Of a DNA stretch of 64,000 nucleotides, positions 40,568 through 54,273 are shown one piece after another. The stretch spans positions 31,310,001 through 31,374,000 of the forward strand of contig NC_043010.1 of assembly GCF_006345805.1 (NCBI RefSeq). The letters are read 5' to 3'. The DNA is from Octopus sinensis (lineage: Eukaryota). The notes under the pieces were generated by a model. That model searched no databases, was not told where the DNA came from, and saw only the letters and a program-made list of their open reading frames with translations. The translations under genes were made by a program, and so were the position numbers. Every line of letters begins with the position of its first letter. The stretch's first letter is position 1.

Positions 40568-40602
<35 letters not shown>

Positions 40603-42069
40603 ATTAACCCAGTAAATTTTCGAAATCCTCAGAGTTGGACAAAACGCCTTATATTTCTTCCAGTTTTTTATGTTCAAGAGTTCAAATCTCATCAAAGTAC
40701 CAGTCTGGAATGGTGAATTGGTAACATTGTTAGAGTGTCGGACAAAATGATATGCGATATTTATTCTAGCTGTTTACAATTTTAAGTTCAAATCCCACTG
40801 AAGTCAGATTTGTTTTTGGTCATTTCTGGGGCCAGTGAAAAGTGCCAGTCAAAATACTGGGGTGCGGTACTCCCTGCCTTCATCTGTCATGCTTTGGAAT
40901 TACTAGTGACTTTAGGATGCAAAGATCAAGAGATGTATTTATCTACTTGTGAGTTTATTGGTACCTAAACCATATGAGGAACAACTCTAAACATATATTG
41001 AAAACATGACTTTCTTTTTTTTTTTAATCTTCTTTACTAGAGGGTTTTTTTTTATTTTAATATTTTTATGAGTTCTTTATATTTTGTTTGGAACACTTCC
41101 CAGGTCTGCTATGATGGATATTGGGTCTTGGATACAACACAACTGAATTTTCAATACAACGCATACTCACACACATACACATTATTCTTTAACAAGAATA
41201 TTGTTGACAGGGAGTTTGAAGGTTTGGACTGCTTAGCCTTCATTGGACTTCAAAGTCACTGTCCATGTTATTATTGTTAAAGAATAATAAATGTGCATTT
41301 TACAAAAAGTATTGAGTAATCCTTCATTTTAATGTAAAATCGTTATTATTATAACTCAACATAACAACAAACATTCAATTACCTATTCACACCTGACAGA
41401 TGCCCAAATGCAAACCTGGAAGTACATATAATACTACTACTGGATAGTACAGGCTAAATCTGAAGGTGGACGAGCTTTATACTGTACTCTACTATGTTCT
41501 TAACAGAATATATCACACACACACACATCATAAAAGATGTTCCTATTAGTAAAATAACATATAAAAAGCTTAATATCCAATTTTTTTGTAGCCCCAGCCC
41601 TAAAAAAAAAAACAAGACATTAAGTATAAGTGATTTTTTCTATGCATTGCTTGTGAATATGTATGTTTGCTGGTGCACACATATATGTTGTTTATAAATG
41701 TTTATATACATAAATCAACCATTTTAAGTTATTGCCATAGGTTTTTGCATCAGGTAAATTTTTATTATTTATTTGCAATATATACACATATATATATTTT
41801 TTCTTTTATGTAATCTTAAAAGACAAAACGATTTTTAATGAAGAATTTACTATTCATGCCTATATCTTTTGAAACAAATAGTTTGTTAGTAGCTGTTATT
41901 CCATGAAAATCATGAATAAAGAAAAAAAGTTTAAAATCTAAAAACAAAAAAGGTGTGTTCATTACTTTTGATTAAATGTCTGAGATGAGATATTAATAAA
42001 ATCAACATTTTCAGCTAATTAACTCCATTGTTAAAGATGAAGTAAATAGTTTGAGATTCTCTGATCTTA

Positions 42070-42920
42070 GGTGCAGACATTGCTGTGTGGTTAAGATGCT
42101 AGCTTTGCAACCATATGATTTTGGGTTCAGTCCTACTGTGTGGCATCTTGGGCTAGTGTCTTCTGCATAGCCCCAGGCTGACCAATACCTTGTAAGTGAA
42201 TTTGGTAGCTAGAAACTGAATGAAAGTCTATTGTATATATCTTTTATCTTTTACTTGTTTCAGTCATTAAACTGTGGTCATGCTGGGGCACCATCTAGAA
42301 GGGGTTAGTTGAACAAGCCAATCCCAGTACTTATTTCTGATTTTATCAGCCTCTTTTCCTGAACTGCTTAGTTACAGGGACATAAACAAACCACCACCAG
42401 TTAACAAGCATTGGTTGGGGACAAACACACACACACACAAAACGGGCATTTTCCAGTTTCTGTCTACCAAATCCACTCACATGACTTTGGTCAGCCCAGA
42501 GCTGTAGTAGGAAGCACTTTCTCAAGGTGTCATCCAGTAGGACTGAACCCAGGACCATGTAGTTAGAAAGTGAACTTCTTAGTACATAGCCAGGCCTGTG
42601 CCTATATGTATGTGTCCCCGTGTTTTTGTGTTTGTCTTCTCTATGACCAAGGCCTTGTGATTGAATTTGGTAAGTAGAAGTTATCATCATGCATGTAAGT
42701 GCTTGTTTCTCCTAACAGAGAGGGAAACTGTTTGACAACTGATGCTGATTTGTTTACATCCCTGTAACTTAGTTGTTTGGCAAAAGAGACCAACAGAATA
42801 AATACTAGACTTTAAGAAAAAAAGTACTTGGGTCAATTTCTTTGATTAAATCCTTCAAGACAGCACCACCACCCCCAATATTGGCCACAATCCAATAACT
42901 GAAACAAATATAAGATAAAA
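42070..42920. mobile_element. nested SINE family B pair in opposite orientation
   Basis: + head 42070-42240, complete - copy ~42242-42603, + tail ~42720-42920. Confidence 0.75.
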
Positions 42921-45566
42921 GTTACTAGTGCTGTTTATTTTTGAATGAACAGCCAATGTTTTTAAGAAATTTGCTTTGCAATTAGGAGGTCTTAGATCTG
43001 ATATCACTGCTTGGTACCATAACCTTAGTTTGACCAGAGCCTTGGGAGTCAAACTGGGTAAATGGAAGCTGTGTTGAAGCTCAATGGTTGGACTGTACTT
43101 ATAATTCAAAGAGTCAGCCTTGTATACAATGTGCCATGCAAATTCTGCCTGAGAATTACATTAAAGATACTTGTGTCTGAGGAATACTCTGCCACTTTGA
43201 CATTAGTTCAAGGAATAGATAGCTCAGTTGATCAAACAACTAATTAATCATTGCTGACGCTGATTACAATTTCTTTCTTTGCTGTAATAAAGGTTAAAAA
43301 GAATAATGCCCTTTCTCAAGTTATATAGACTCATAGGGCAGGTTTCCTGATTTCTGTGGTGTATATATGCCCCATCCCTCACTGGATGGGAATACTCACT
43401 TTTACTGACTGAGTAGACTGGAGCAACGGGAAATGAAGAGCTTTGCTCAGGAACACAACACATCACCAAGTTCAGGAATCAAAACCACAATCTTACAATC
43501 ATGAGTCCAACACCCTACTCATAAGCCACAAATTTCCTTTGATGTAATGTTAGAAACAAATTAAATTGTGGGTGTGTTAGTGTTGGAATTTTTCAGTTAT
43601 AATGTCAAATTCTGTATCTAACATTTATCCAATGTCAGTACAGAGATTCAGGTACATAGGTTGTATTTGAGCACTCTACTATAAAACTGTAAATTTTTTC
43701 CTAATTTCAGATCAAGCTTATGTAAAATAAAATCTTTTATTCTTTTAAGTTATTAGACTCAAGACATGCAGGAACACAACATTGAAGAGTTTAGTCAAAG
43801 GAATCAACTTAAGGACTGATTTTTAAGTCTGGTACTTATTGTAGTAGACATTTTTAGCCAAACTGCTAAGTTATGGAATGTAAACAATCCAACAGGAACC
43901 AAAAGGAACCAGTAAGAGTAGAAATACTGAAGGATTGGCTATATGACACTTTTCAGGTTCCAACACTGTTACAAGAAGTACAAGGAAAAGGAAGAACACT
44001 GAATTCCTTAAAGTTGACCCTAAGAAGAAAAAATATTGAGTATATAAAATAAAAGAGGATGTAGGGCAAATAAAAGAAATTGATTGTTAAATAAAATAAT
44101 TAAAAGAGGAGATGTATAGTGAAACTATAACTCTCCCGGTAATAAGTGGTAGGAACCAGCCATTATAAATAGACCAGTAGCTGATTGTCAAGAGAGGGTC
44201 ATGAGTCAAAGAGTTGAGAGTCAACAGTTCTAGTTGGTATCTTGTGGAGCTGTCAGTGATAGTAAGACAGAAGTTAGTGTATTACTATTCTGGTATGAAG
44301 AGATACATCGGTATCCAATGACTAGTAACTATTGTGGCTACTAGCATAAAACAGCAACTATATTACAATGGCAGTCACATGCCACACCAGTGAACCCACT
44401 TTACAACAGTTTCTATAAATAGAGTTTTTACTCATTTAATTTTGGAGTAAATATTTTGATAAATAAAATGTCTCTCTATTTCCTTCAAGTAATTTGAATC
44501 ATATCTTGTGCTCTCATGGAATTTGATCTTTCTGCAGATTTCTAGAGGTTTGCTTAATGGGATCCTCTCTGACTCTGCATGTTTAATCTACAGTCTATAT
44601 ACTCTTACGTGTTCAGTAATGGAGTTTCCAATCTGACTGATGTATTTTTCTTTGCAGGTGGAGAAGTTTATGCAATATGATAGATTTCTTGTTTTTTGTA
44701 GTTCATGTTTGCATTTATTTGGAAAGGTAATTTGCTTTTAAATATTTTATTGGATCCAGTTTCCAAATATTTGAAATCATTACTGAATATTTCACATTAG
44801 CTGTTTCCACAGAAAGCTTTAACAGAAAGTTCAGAGTTATCTTCTGATGTGGATTCTGCCCATGTGAAGTGTTTTTCCTCAGATATTGTGGTTGATATTT
44901 GCTGTTCATTATACAATGGAGTTATATATTTTTAGGTGGAAGTGTAAAAATGACAGGTCACTACAACTGGTTTCTGTCATGATTTTAATGGATGGATGAA
45001 GGGTTTTCAGAATGATATAAAATGTTTGTAGTTCATACCAATCCTACATGGACACACACAGACAGATAGACACACACACACAATATTTCACAACTTTTAA
45101 AAGTTCCTGTAGGAATGGAAGTGCTAATAAGAGAATGATAAATTATAATGAAAACTATTTGTACAGCACCACATACATTTTTACACACACACACATCAGC
45201 CATTTGGTTAAGATCAAAGTGTAGTATATATATATATATATATATATATACGCACACACACACACATATACATATATAACAGATCAGGATTCAAGTGACT
45301 CAAGCACTTAAATGGTAAGGCAGCAGGTTGGATTGAAAAGTAAAATGTGTATACAGCAAAAATAAAAATAGAGGAATACATACATGGGTACCGAAGTACA
45401 GGCAGAAAAATATTCTGGTTATGTATACAATTAACTGTACCTTGAGTGAGTATATCAATAGCCCCGAGGCTAATCAAGAAGCGCACATTATACTAAATGC
45501 ATGGACCATAATATACATCAGATCTATGCAGGTTCCAAGAGAGGTGAATAATAAATAGATAAGAAA

Positions 45567-45599
<33 letters not shown>

Positions 45600-45616
45600 T
45601 TATATATGTATGTATA

Positions 45617-45676
<60 letters not shown>

Positions 45677-45697
45677 TGTATGCATGTATGTATGTAT

Positions 45698-45730
<33 letters not shown>

Positions 45731-46299
45731 ACAGGCTTCTGCACAGTTTCTGTCTACTAAATTCACTGACATTTGGTCAGTCCAGGGTTTATAATAGGAG
45801 GCATTTGCCCGAAGGTACCTTGCAGTAGGACTGAATCTGAATCATTTGGTTGTGAAGTGAACTCCCTAATCATGCAGCCATGCCTGCACATGTAGAAAGA
45901 ATAAATCTTGAATATACTTGCATGCAGAAAATTAACATCATTACCATTTTACATGCACTTTCTATGCTGGTTTGGACTGGACATACCATCATGATTAGTG
46001 ACAATTCTTATCCAGAGTTACTGCCCTTTTTAGCCAGAGTAGAGGACTATGTCTTATTTGGATTTCCCATTTTAAAATGGTTTCTATATCTGAAAGCTCT
46101 TTTTAAATATCATTATCTCACAATAACTAGATGAAATAAATGTTTTGATTAGATGAAACAAGATCTAACTAGTAAGTTTCTTGTGTATCTACTTACCACT
46201 CTCTCCCTCTCTTTCTTCACCCTCCTCCATCTCTCTTTGTTAGACACATACACACATATATACATTCATGGTGATTACTTCATCTTCACAGATGATTGT

Positions 46300-46715
46300 C
46301 ATCTCTGAACTTCCACATTGCCAATGGCATTTCTGACATTCCATCCATGACCACTCAGGTGACTTCCACCTGTCTAACACTTGTGGACATGTTTACAAAG
46401 TCAGAAAACAGCACAGCTCCCATGACTTTCGAAAACATTTTTTCATGCTCAGAGTTGCTGAAGTACGGAACAAACTGCTGGTATCAGTTGTTAGTTGTTG
46501 GAGCACTGCATCCTTCAAAACTTCCATGCTTCCTGAGATTTGCCAACACTACACCTGATTTTCTCCCCTCCATACACACGCAAGCATGTATCTGACTCAT
46601 ACACTGTTCACTTTCTAGACATTTGCACATTACTGCATATGCTTTATATGCACTTTTGACAAGTTGTGGTGCACCTCAGCACTGTATACAATAATTTTAT
46701 TATTATTTTATTATT
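46300..46715 (+). mobile_element. CR1-type LINE 3' end
   Basis: Translates GHVYKVRKQHSSHDFRKHFFMLRVAEVRNKL..SVV...SFK, followed by a short 3' UTR and (ATT)n tail. Confidence 0.7.
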
Positions 46716-46729
46716 CTGCTACAGGTCTA

Positions 46730-47720
46730 TATTAGATGAAACATATAGGTAAAAGATGTTTTTCTACTGGACTGATCTGGTCACTTTGTGGGATATGATC
46801 TCTGTGAATTGCCATATATCTTTACAGACCTAAAATCATCTTGCAAACTTTTTCACATATTTCACATGTTGAATCACCTGGTCTAGAATGAAGGGCATTG
46901 CGTACAGTTGATCTTTCATGGAAATTCATGTGCTTGACATACCCAACCATAGAAAGAAGTATATATACACAGCTGCTGCTGTTACTACCATCAGGGTTTT
47001 AGTATGTAACAGAGAAGGTGTCTTCAGTAAAATGGCCTTAACTGAACTGCAGAAAAGGCGTAAGTATAAACTCCATACATTGTGCCCAATGTAAGCTATA
47101 GAGCAGGAGAATGACAGTAAATGTAAGCTTTGTATATGCTAGATGCACTGGAGCAGAACATACTATAGGTACACCAGAAGCAATTTCTCTTAAAAGCTGG
47201 ATGGCTCACTAGAAGTTGGTAGCTTTTACTAGATGTAATTAGCAAGATGTAATTTGCAAGGTTGCTTTGAAAGTATAGTGGTCAGAATAAGAGCAGGCCT
47301 GAGGAAGTTTAGGGAACTACTATTGCTGCCATCAACAAATGTTTCAGAGTGAAGGGAAGATTGTATGACACTTGTTAGAACTGCAATGCTGCATGTTCAT
47401 GAGACATGGACCTTGAATACAGAGTATTTGAGAACACTGGAAAAAAAAAGAATGAAGCAGGCATGCTCTGTTGGATGTGCAGTATAAGTGTATATGAAAG
47501 CCATAGTATAGATCTGCTGAGAGATTAAATGAGCATAAGAGAAATCAGATGTAGTGTGCAAGAAAGTGATACATATGGATGAAGACAACTGTAGAAAGAA
47601 GTGAGCAACCTAGGAAGATATGAGATGAAGTGGTGAAGGCTAATCTCAGAACCTCATGTAGGAGATGACATAGACCAACCAGGATGACTGGCAATATGCA
47701 ATTTTCAAGAAAACCTGCCT
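46730..47720 (+). mobile_element. decayed RTE-type LINE fragment
   Basis: Residual motifs RIRAGLRKFREL, RVKGRLYD, AMLHVHETW, NEAGMLCWMC. Confidence 0.6.
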
Positions 47721-48656
47721 TGACAATATTGAGTTCTGGTAGTGCTTTATGTATATTTATACACAGCTAGGCTCTTTGTCCAATTCATTTCCTCCTCAAG
47801 TCAATCCATGAACCATCATCTTTCTAACTGCAGCTCTTTGTTGATACCACTTACTTTTCTTACTACTCAGAATTGTTTCACTTGTTATCCATCCTTCATC
47901 TATCAATACTTTTCTCTCCACCTACATTTTCATTGAACACCACCCCCACTGAGCCATCTAATTATCTTTCCTCCTCTACCACCATACATGTCTCAACTTC
48001 CTCATGCATTATGCCTTTCATTCTTTTCTGATCAATAACATAACTAGCAGTTGAACACTGAAGTTGATTTAATCAACTTACCCTTTCCCCTAAAATTGCT
48101 GCCAAAAATATGAAACCATTATTATTATTTATTATTGTGAAGATCACCCCTACCACCTTCTTTTAACAGGGAAGGGCAGACAATTTTTATATGTTTGGTG
48201 GCCATGGCCAAAGAAATTGTATATGAACAAGATTGAAGGGGCTGAAAACAAACTCTTTCCTCTTTGGCCAATCCCTCATAAACTTCTTAGTCATTTTGCT
48301 GAAAGGGGAATGAGAGTGATGGGAACAGTTCTAGTGATTGGGCCTGCCCTAAGTATATGGCTGTAAATTGGAGATAAAGAACTGAGAAAAGACACCTGCC
48401 CCAGAAGTTAGGGCACCTGTGGTTGTATGGGGATTTTCCATGACCAATCTTGAACGTCTCCTCCCTATTGAGAATTACACAGTTTAAAAAAAATTTTTTT
48501 ATGTTAAACCAGTTTACATGCAAAACCCTCACAGCAATATACACGCATGCACATACACACACACACATTCACTGTTTTGTCTTGTGCCACCTATAATGTT
48601 TTTCTTGGTGTAAGCCTTTGTAGTCAGTAAAGAAATCATTATTATTATTATTATTC

Positions 48657-50956
48657 CTTCGTAACACAGTGTAAATAAAAATGCACCAGAGTTTTTAGTC
48701 ATCTGTCAAGTCACAACAAGGACCTTAGACAGATAATACTTTCCTTAAGATGTGGGCTGTGCCCAATAAGGCTGCTTTTTGCAAGACATCAATCTTGCAT
48801 GGGATTTCCAGTTGCCTTAAGAAGTCATGAAGTTTCAATGGGATTGAGCCCAACACTCCGATCACCACTGGTATCACTTTTACATTACCCTCTCACATTC
48901 CATACAGTCTTGCCATTTCCACTTGCAATTCAGAGTACTTGGTGATTTTTTCAACCTCTTTACTCACAACATTCATGTCATTTGGTATGGCTACATCAAT
49001 GATCTGACAGTATTTGTCTCTCTTACTCAATATGACAATATCCCACTGACGGTGTTCGATTACACAATCTGTCTGAAAATCATAGTACCAGAGTATTGTT
49101 ACTTTTCCATCCTCCTGCATGACTTTATTTGGTACATGCTCATACCAGTTCTCTGTTACTTCATATTGGTATTTATGGCATAAGAGCCCATGGAGATACA
49201 CACACATTTTATTGTGGTGGTACTTGTATTCCTTTTGTGCAAGGCTTTCACATCCATTTACCAAGTGGATCAGATTGTCCACGGTCTTTCCACAGATTCT
49301 GCATTTCTGTGTGTCAGAAGTTTTATAGATGTTATACTTCACTGACTTGGTAGCGAGAGCCTGGTTTTTTAGTCTTTTGGTGGTACACTTCAAATCACCT
49401 CGCTCAAGTCATGCCCACGATGCTGTATTATCCTTAACGTCTTGTGTATTCCTTTCAAACTGTCCATGCAGTCTCTTTTCAATCTCTTCTTTTCTCTTCT
49501 CCTCAGCTCTTTGGTTAAACTCCTCCTTGCCCATCATTTCATCTGCATTTACACCCATATCTTTCAGGGTATATTGCAGCAGGTCTTCATCACTATTTGT
49601 CAAATACTCAGCAAGCGTTCTCCTTTCACTCCTTATACAATGGTCTATACTAGTTAGTCCTCTGTCACCATTCTTTCTTTTCATATGCAGTCTGTATACG
49701 TTTGCTTTAGTTCATATACGTTTGCTTTAGGGTGTAGTGCCCCATGCAGCAGCATCAACTTTCTCGTCCTTCTATCCAGTGTTGATATTTCTTCCTTAGT
49801 CCATTTGAGGATGGACGCACTATATCTGACCACCGCAACTGTCCAGATATTCATTGTGGTAATCAAATTTTTGGCATTCAGGGTGGATTTCAACACCATC
49901 TTCACCTTTTTTGATATGCCTCACTGACCTTGACTTTCATCAGACAATTTGTGATGGTGACTTGCATTAGAAGATTTGTCATGTTGTCAGCAACACCAAA
50001 CATCTGCAGGCATTCAACAATCCAAGAATGAGGCATCATATCATATGCCTTCTTAAAGTCAATCCAAGCCATAGACATGTTTGTATGATGTTTTTAAACA
50101 ATGCTTCAAAACCGTTTTATCAATGACCAGGTGATCCTTGGTACTCTGAGAACTGTTCCTACATCCTTTTTGTTCCCTTGGTAGTATTTCTTCCTGTGCC
50201 AGGAAAGTGTATGTTTTTGCTGCACACATTTCAGTGAGTATCTTCCAGATTATGTTTAGGCATGCTATGGGGACGGTAGTTTCCCACAATATTCCCCTTT
50301 CTTCTATCTTTCACTATAAGTGTTGTCCTCCCATCACCATCCACATGGGAACTGTACCTTTCAGGACACACTCTTTCAATTGGGCTGCTAGTCTTTCATG
50401 CACCATGTGGCATCTCTTCAGCCAAAAGCCATGAATCCCATCTGGTCTGGGGGCTTTCTAGTTAGGCACTTTACCCACTTGTTCTTTCACATCACCTGTG
50501 CTTATGACAATATTCCTTTGTTTCTTTCCTCCTTGTAATTCTGTCTTGATAGTTCCTATCCACATTGCATCCCTTTTATGCAACACATTGTTTCCCCATA
50601 ATCTGCTCCAGAACTTCTTGGCTTGATTTGCATCAGGAGCAACATTTTCCCCAAAGTCTCCTTGTAACATTCAGAAGAATTGCTTTAGGTTATTTTTGAA
50701 GAATCTATTCTCCTCAAACTGCTTATTTCTGTTCACAAATCTTCTGATCTTCTGGCTTTTTGCCATGATCCTCTGTTTTAACTGCTCTATTACTGCACCA
50801 AATCTATTCTTCCGTATTTTATATTTCTTCTCTAATTTTTCTTGGTTGGTCTTTTTCCCATTTTCCCAGTTTCCTCTTAACTATTGCTAAATTTTTTCTT
50901 GGTTTTGCCTTGCACACATTATGTCCCTTTCCACCATAATTCTTTTGCTCCACCAT
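48657..50956 (-). mobile_element. R4/Dong-clade non-LTR retrotransposon (RT + CCHC + restriction-like endonuclease), decayed
   Basis: EQKGCR..STKDHL, AWIDFKKAYD, VVRYSA, CRICGKTVDNLIHLVNGC, HRQWDIVI..IIDVAIP, KITKY. Flanked on both sides by (ATT)n. RT core deleted near 49950. Confidence 0.88.
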
Positions 50957-53939
50957 TTTTATTATTATTATTATTATTATTGTTGTTGTTGTTGTTATTA
51001 GGGCATTATTATTATTGTTATTAGGGCAGCATGCTGGTAGAATTTTAGAGCGTGAGACAAAATCTTTGCGGTATTTCTACCAACTCATTATATTCTGAGT
51101 TTAAATTTCACCATAGTGCCCCTTGCCTTTCATTCCTTTAAGGACTTGATAAAGTAAGTACTCAACTGAGCACTGGGATTCGTGCAACTGACTCACCCCC
51201 TGTCCTCAAATTTCAGGTTTGGTGCCTATAATAGAAAGAATTGGTGTTATTATTTTCTGTTTACAGTAAAAGCTTCTGTGCGCCTAGAATGAGCCTACTT
51301 TGATTTTCAGTCTTGGACATTTCTTCAGCTATGTCACTGACAGCTTTTATGAAATGGATGAATGTTACAATTACTCTTTCATTATAAATAACTTACGAAG
51401 ACCAGTTCATTATTCAGTATCATTATTTATATTTAGCCCCAAGTCAAACCGAAGACAATGTTCCAATGGAGACTATTACATCTTTCTGTACATATAAGAC
51501 TTTTTCACCATGTAGGGCACACATCAAACTTACTAGTGTTTGTACCACAATAAAAAGGGCTATCTGTCATAAAGGTAGACAGATAAAGAAAGTATTTGTT
51601 CAGCAATTTCTGTACAAAATTTTTATTTCTTTAATTTCCTTCAGCTGAATTGTTAATATTTATGCATTTTTGTGTATGTATTACGTGTATTATGTATATG
51701 TATGTATGCATGTATATTTGTGTAAGTACTATGTTTGTGTATTTTTTGTGAAGATATGTGTTTATGTATGTGTATGTATGTATATGTGTTTATGTATGTG
51801 TATGTATGTATATGTGTTTATGTATGTGTATGTATACAAAAATGCACATACATATACAGTACTAACAGAAGTATACATAAGCGATTCAAATGAAAAAAAA
51901 AAAATTAAGAAATAAACACTTTTTACTGAAATTGATGAACAAGTACTTTCATTATCCGTCTACCTTTATCGAAAGAAAGATAGCCATAAAAAGTACCCAT
52001 TACACTGTGGAGCGGTTGCTGCGAGAAAAGCATCCGGCTGGAGAGACCATATGAAAAATGGGCCCAGTGAACGAGACCTTGTCTTCTGACTTGTCAACGT
52101 TGGCAGTGACTCTGAATATGAACTGAGTCAGTCTATGACAACTCACCAAACCCATGTCAGAATGGAAAGCAGACGTGATGATGATGATGATTAGTCTAGT
52201 CCGAACAATAAATAAATAAATAATAATCAAATATTTTATATTAAATCATTGCTGAATTTCCTTTCATTTTATTACAAAACTCCGTGAAATAAAACAAAAA
52301 TTATATTTATATCAATTCATTATCCTGTATCCTTATTTATATTTAGCTCCAAGTGAAACCTAAGACTAATGTTGTTCAATGGGGACTATTTCCTCTTTCA
52401 GCACATATAAGACGGTATTATTCAGTGTGTAACTCAGTAGAATGCGATTTAGGGAAGATGTGGCTGCTACTTCTAGCAAGCCAATCGACCACGTAGGTGT
52501 CTCCCATTGGTTCGTCCAAACAATGTTCAATGAAACAGATGGAAGAGGGAGGAGAGTGAAACGAAGCTTCCTTTTTTTTTTATCTCCTTTTGTGCTACAT
52601 CCGTCTGTCTGTGTGTCGAATTATCTCCCTTTAACGTGTTTACATCCTAAAAAAAAAAAGTTAAAGGATGGTTGCAAGGAACGGTTAGTATATATAATAT
52701 ATATATGTCTATATAAATATAAGCCCATATATTTCATTGTATGTAGCTGACACGTATATATTGGTATTCATTTATAAAATATAGGGTAAATGCATGTGAA
52801 AGCTACAGTGTAAATATATGCATTCTTCTTATAAACTGTATCATATGTATTTGCATGTATGGTGATGGTCTGTTTTGTAGTTGGTTAATTTAAAAACTAT
52901 CCCAAATCCAACAACAAATATGCATTTACTCTAATTCATATTAATTTATTGTACTTGTATTATATTGTGGTCGATGTAAATCACTTTGAGCTTATCTCTT
53001 TCTCTCTTGTGTTGTCCCTGTCTGTGTTTATACTTCACACTATATTTCTGTCTACATCTTTTCTCTTCGCTTGCCTCTTTTCGTCTTTTCTTTTTTTATA
53101 CCTCGCTGTTCTCTCTCTTTCTCTCTCTCTCACTGTTGGTCTGTATTTGTATCAGACTCTCTCTAAATTGTTATGTGTGCTTGTAAAACAGTTTAGAAAA
53201 GACAGACAGAAAAAAAATGAACCTCATATAACTTCTTTGTAAATTAATATTGCCCCGTCCCGTTCTTCCCCATATAAGTATGTTTCTACGGTAACTTATC
53301 AAAATTTACCGTTTCTACACATGTATCGCTACTTGCAAAGTCTCTGTATTACACAAACAAACACAGCTAACGAGGTGGGAACTTCTTCACGATCGCCCGA
53401 TCCGTTAGAAATAGCAGCTAAATATTTCTACTACATCTTATTTTAAATGAAAAAAAAACCCACAAAAACAAAAACAAACCCGGAATGATTAATCCAGCTT
53501 TTACACCTTTGATCATATATAACTGCTCAATTAAGATTGATCTCCGTCTAAACTACAACGTATAGAACAGCTTCTATGAAATATATACAGTAACTGTTTA
53601 TTGTAGAGTTCAACCGTTTAAAGCACCTCCCGAATAACTTGTAAATATTGATACACCGTTTAAGCTGTTATTTCACCAAACATTAAACTTATCTCTAATA
53701 TGCGAGAAAATATTGTTTCTGTACTGTCACCTAACTTCTCTCTGATTTTTTAAAAATACATATAATTAATCCTACTTGTGTGGATTTTCTAAAATTTTTA
53801 GCCAATTATGTCACCCAAAATTTGCTAACTTTTACAAAGTTTTTCATATTTTAAAAGTTGGCTTGTCACCGGTAGATAACTTTTACCATCAAATATTGTT
53901 AATACAGCTAGAATTACACCGTGCTGAAATATATATATA

Positions 53940-54127
53940 TAGTTGAAATTTACATAAAAACAAAAGACGAAGACAAGTGTATAAACAACAAACAGGTGTA
54001 TTAGTTTAACGCCCGGGACGGTGAGAAAGTCTTTTACGTTTCGAGCCTACGCTCTTCAACAGAAAGGAACCCGAGAAAATAAACACAGAGAATAAAAAAA
54101 AACGTTTGGAGTTAGCGGTCAATCATG
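53940..54127 (-). mobile_element. Penelope-like terminal fragment with minimal hammerhead-like motif (54031-54066)
   Basis: Reverse complement CTTT-CTGTTGA-a-GAGC(gtag)GCTC-GAAAC-GTA-AAAG; flanked by (TA)n on both sides. The Penelope assignment is inferred from motif type. Confidence 0.55.
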
Positions 54128-54214
54128 CGTATATATATATCAGCGATGGTTCGTTGCTGGACTGGAAAAAGCATATAGTATTTTGCGAGTGGGGTGAGTT
54201 TTCATTACTAGCTG

Positions 54215-54273
54215 GTGATTAACACACGCTGAGGACGGGTAACCATTCAGAAACTCGAGTCCGTGTGTATCAC
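54215..54273 (+). ncRNA. type I hammerhead ribozyme (intact catalytic core)
   Basis: Stem I ACACACG(54222-28)/CGTGTGT(54262-68), extended by GTGAT/ATCAC across a 2-nt bulge; core CTGAGGA 54229-35; stem II GGGT-aacc-ATTC; GAAA 54250-53; palindromic stem III ACTCGAGT; GTC cleavage triplet 54259-61. Confidence 0.85.

Noticed and set aside
43925-43960. CTGAAAAG-tgtc..gcca possible hammerhead remnant
   Set aside because: No GAAA; too degenerate.
39240-44700. Isolated splice-acceptor-like sites (~39249, ~40166, ~44658)
   Set aside because: No coherent reading frame; cannot support exons without transcripts.
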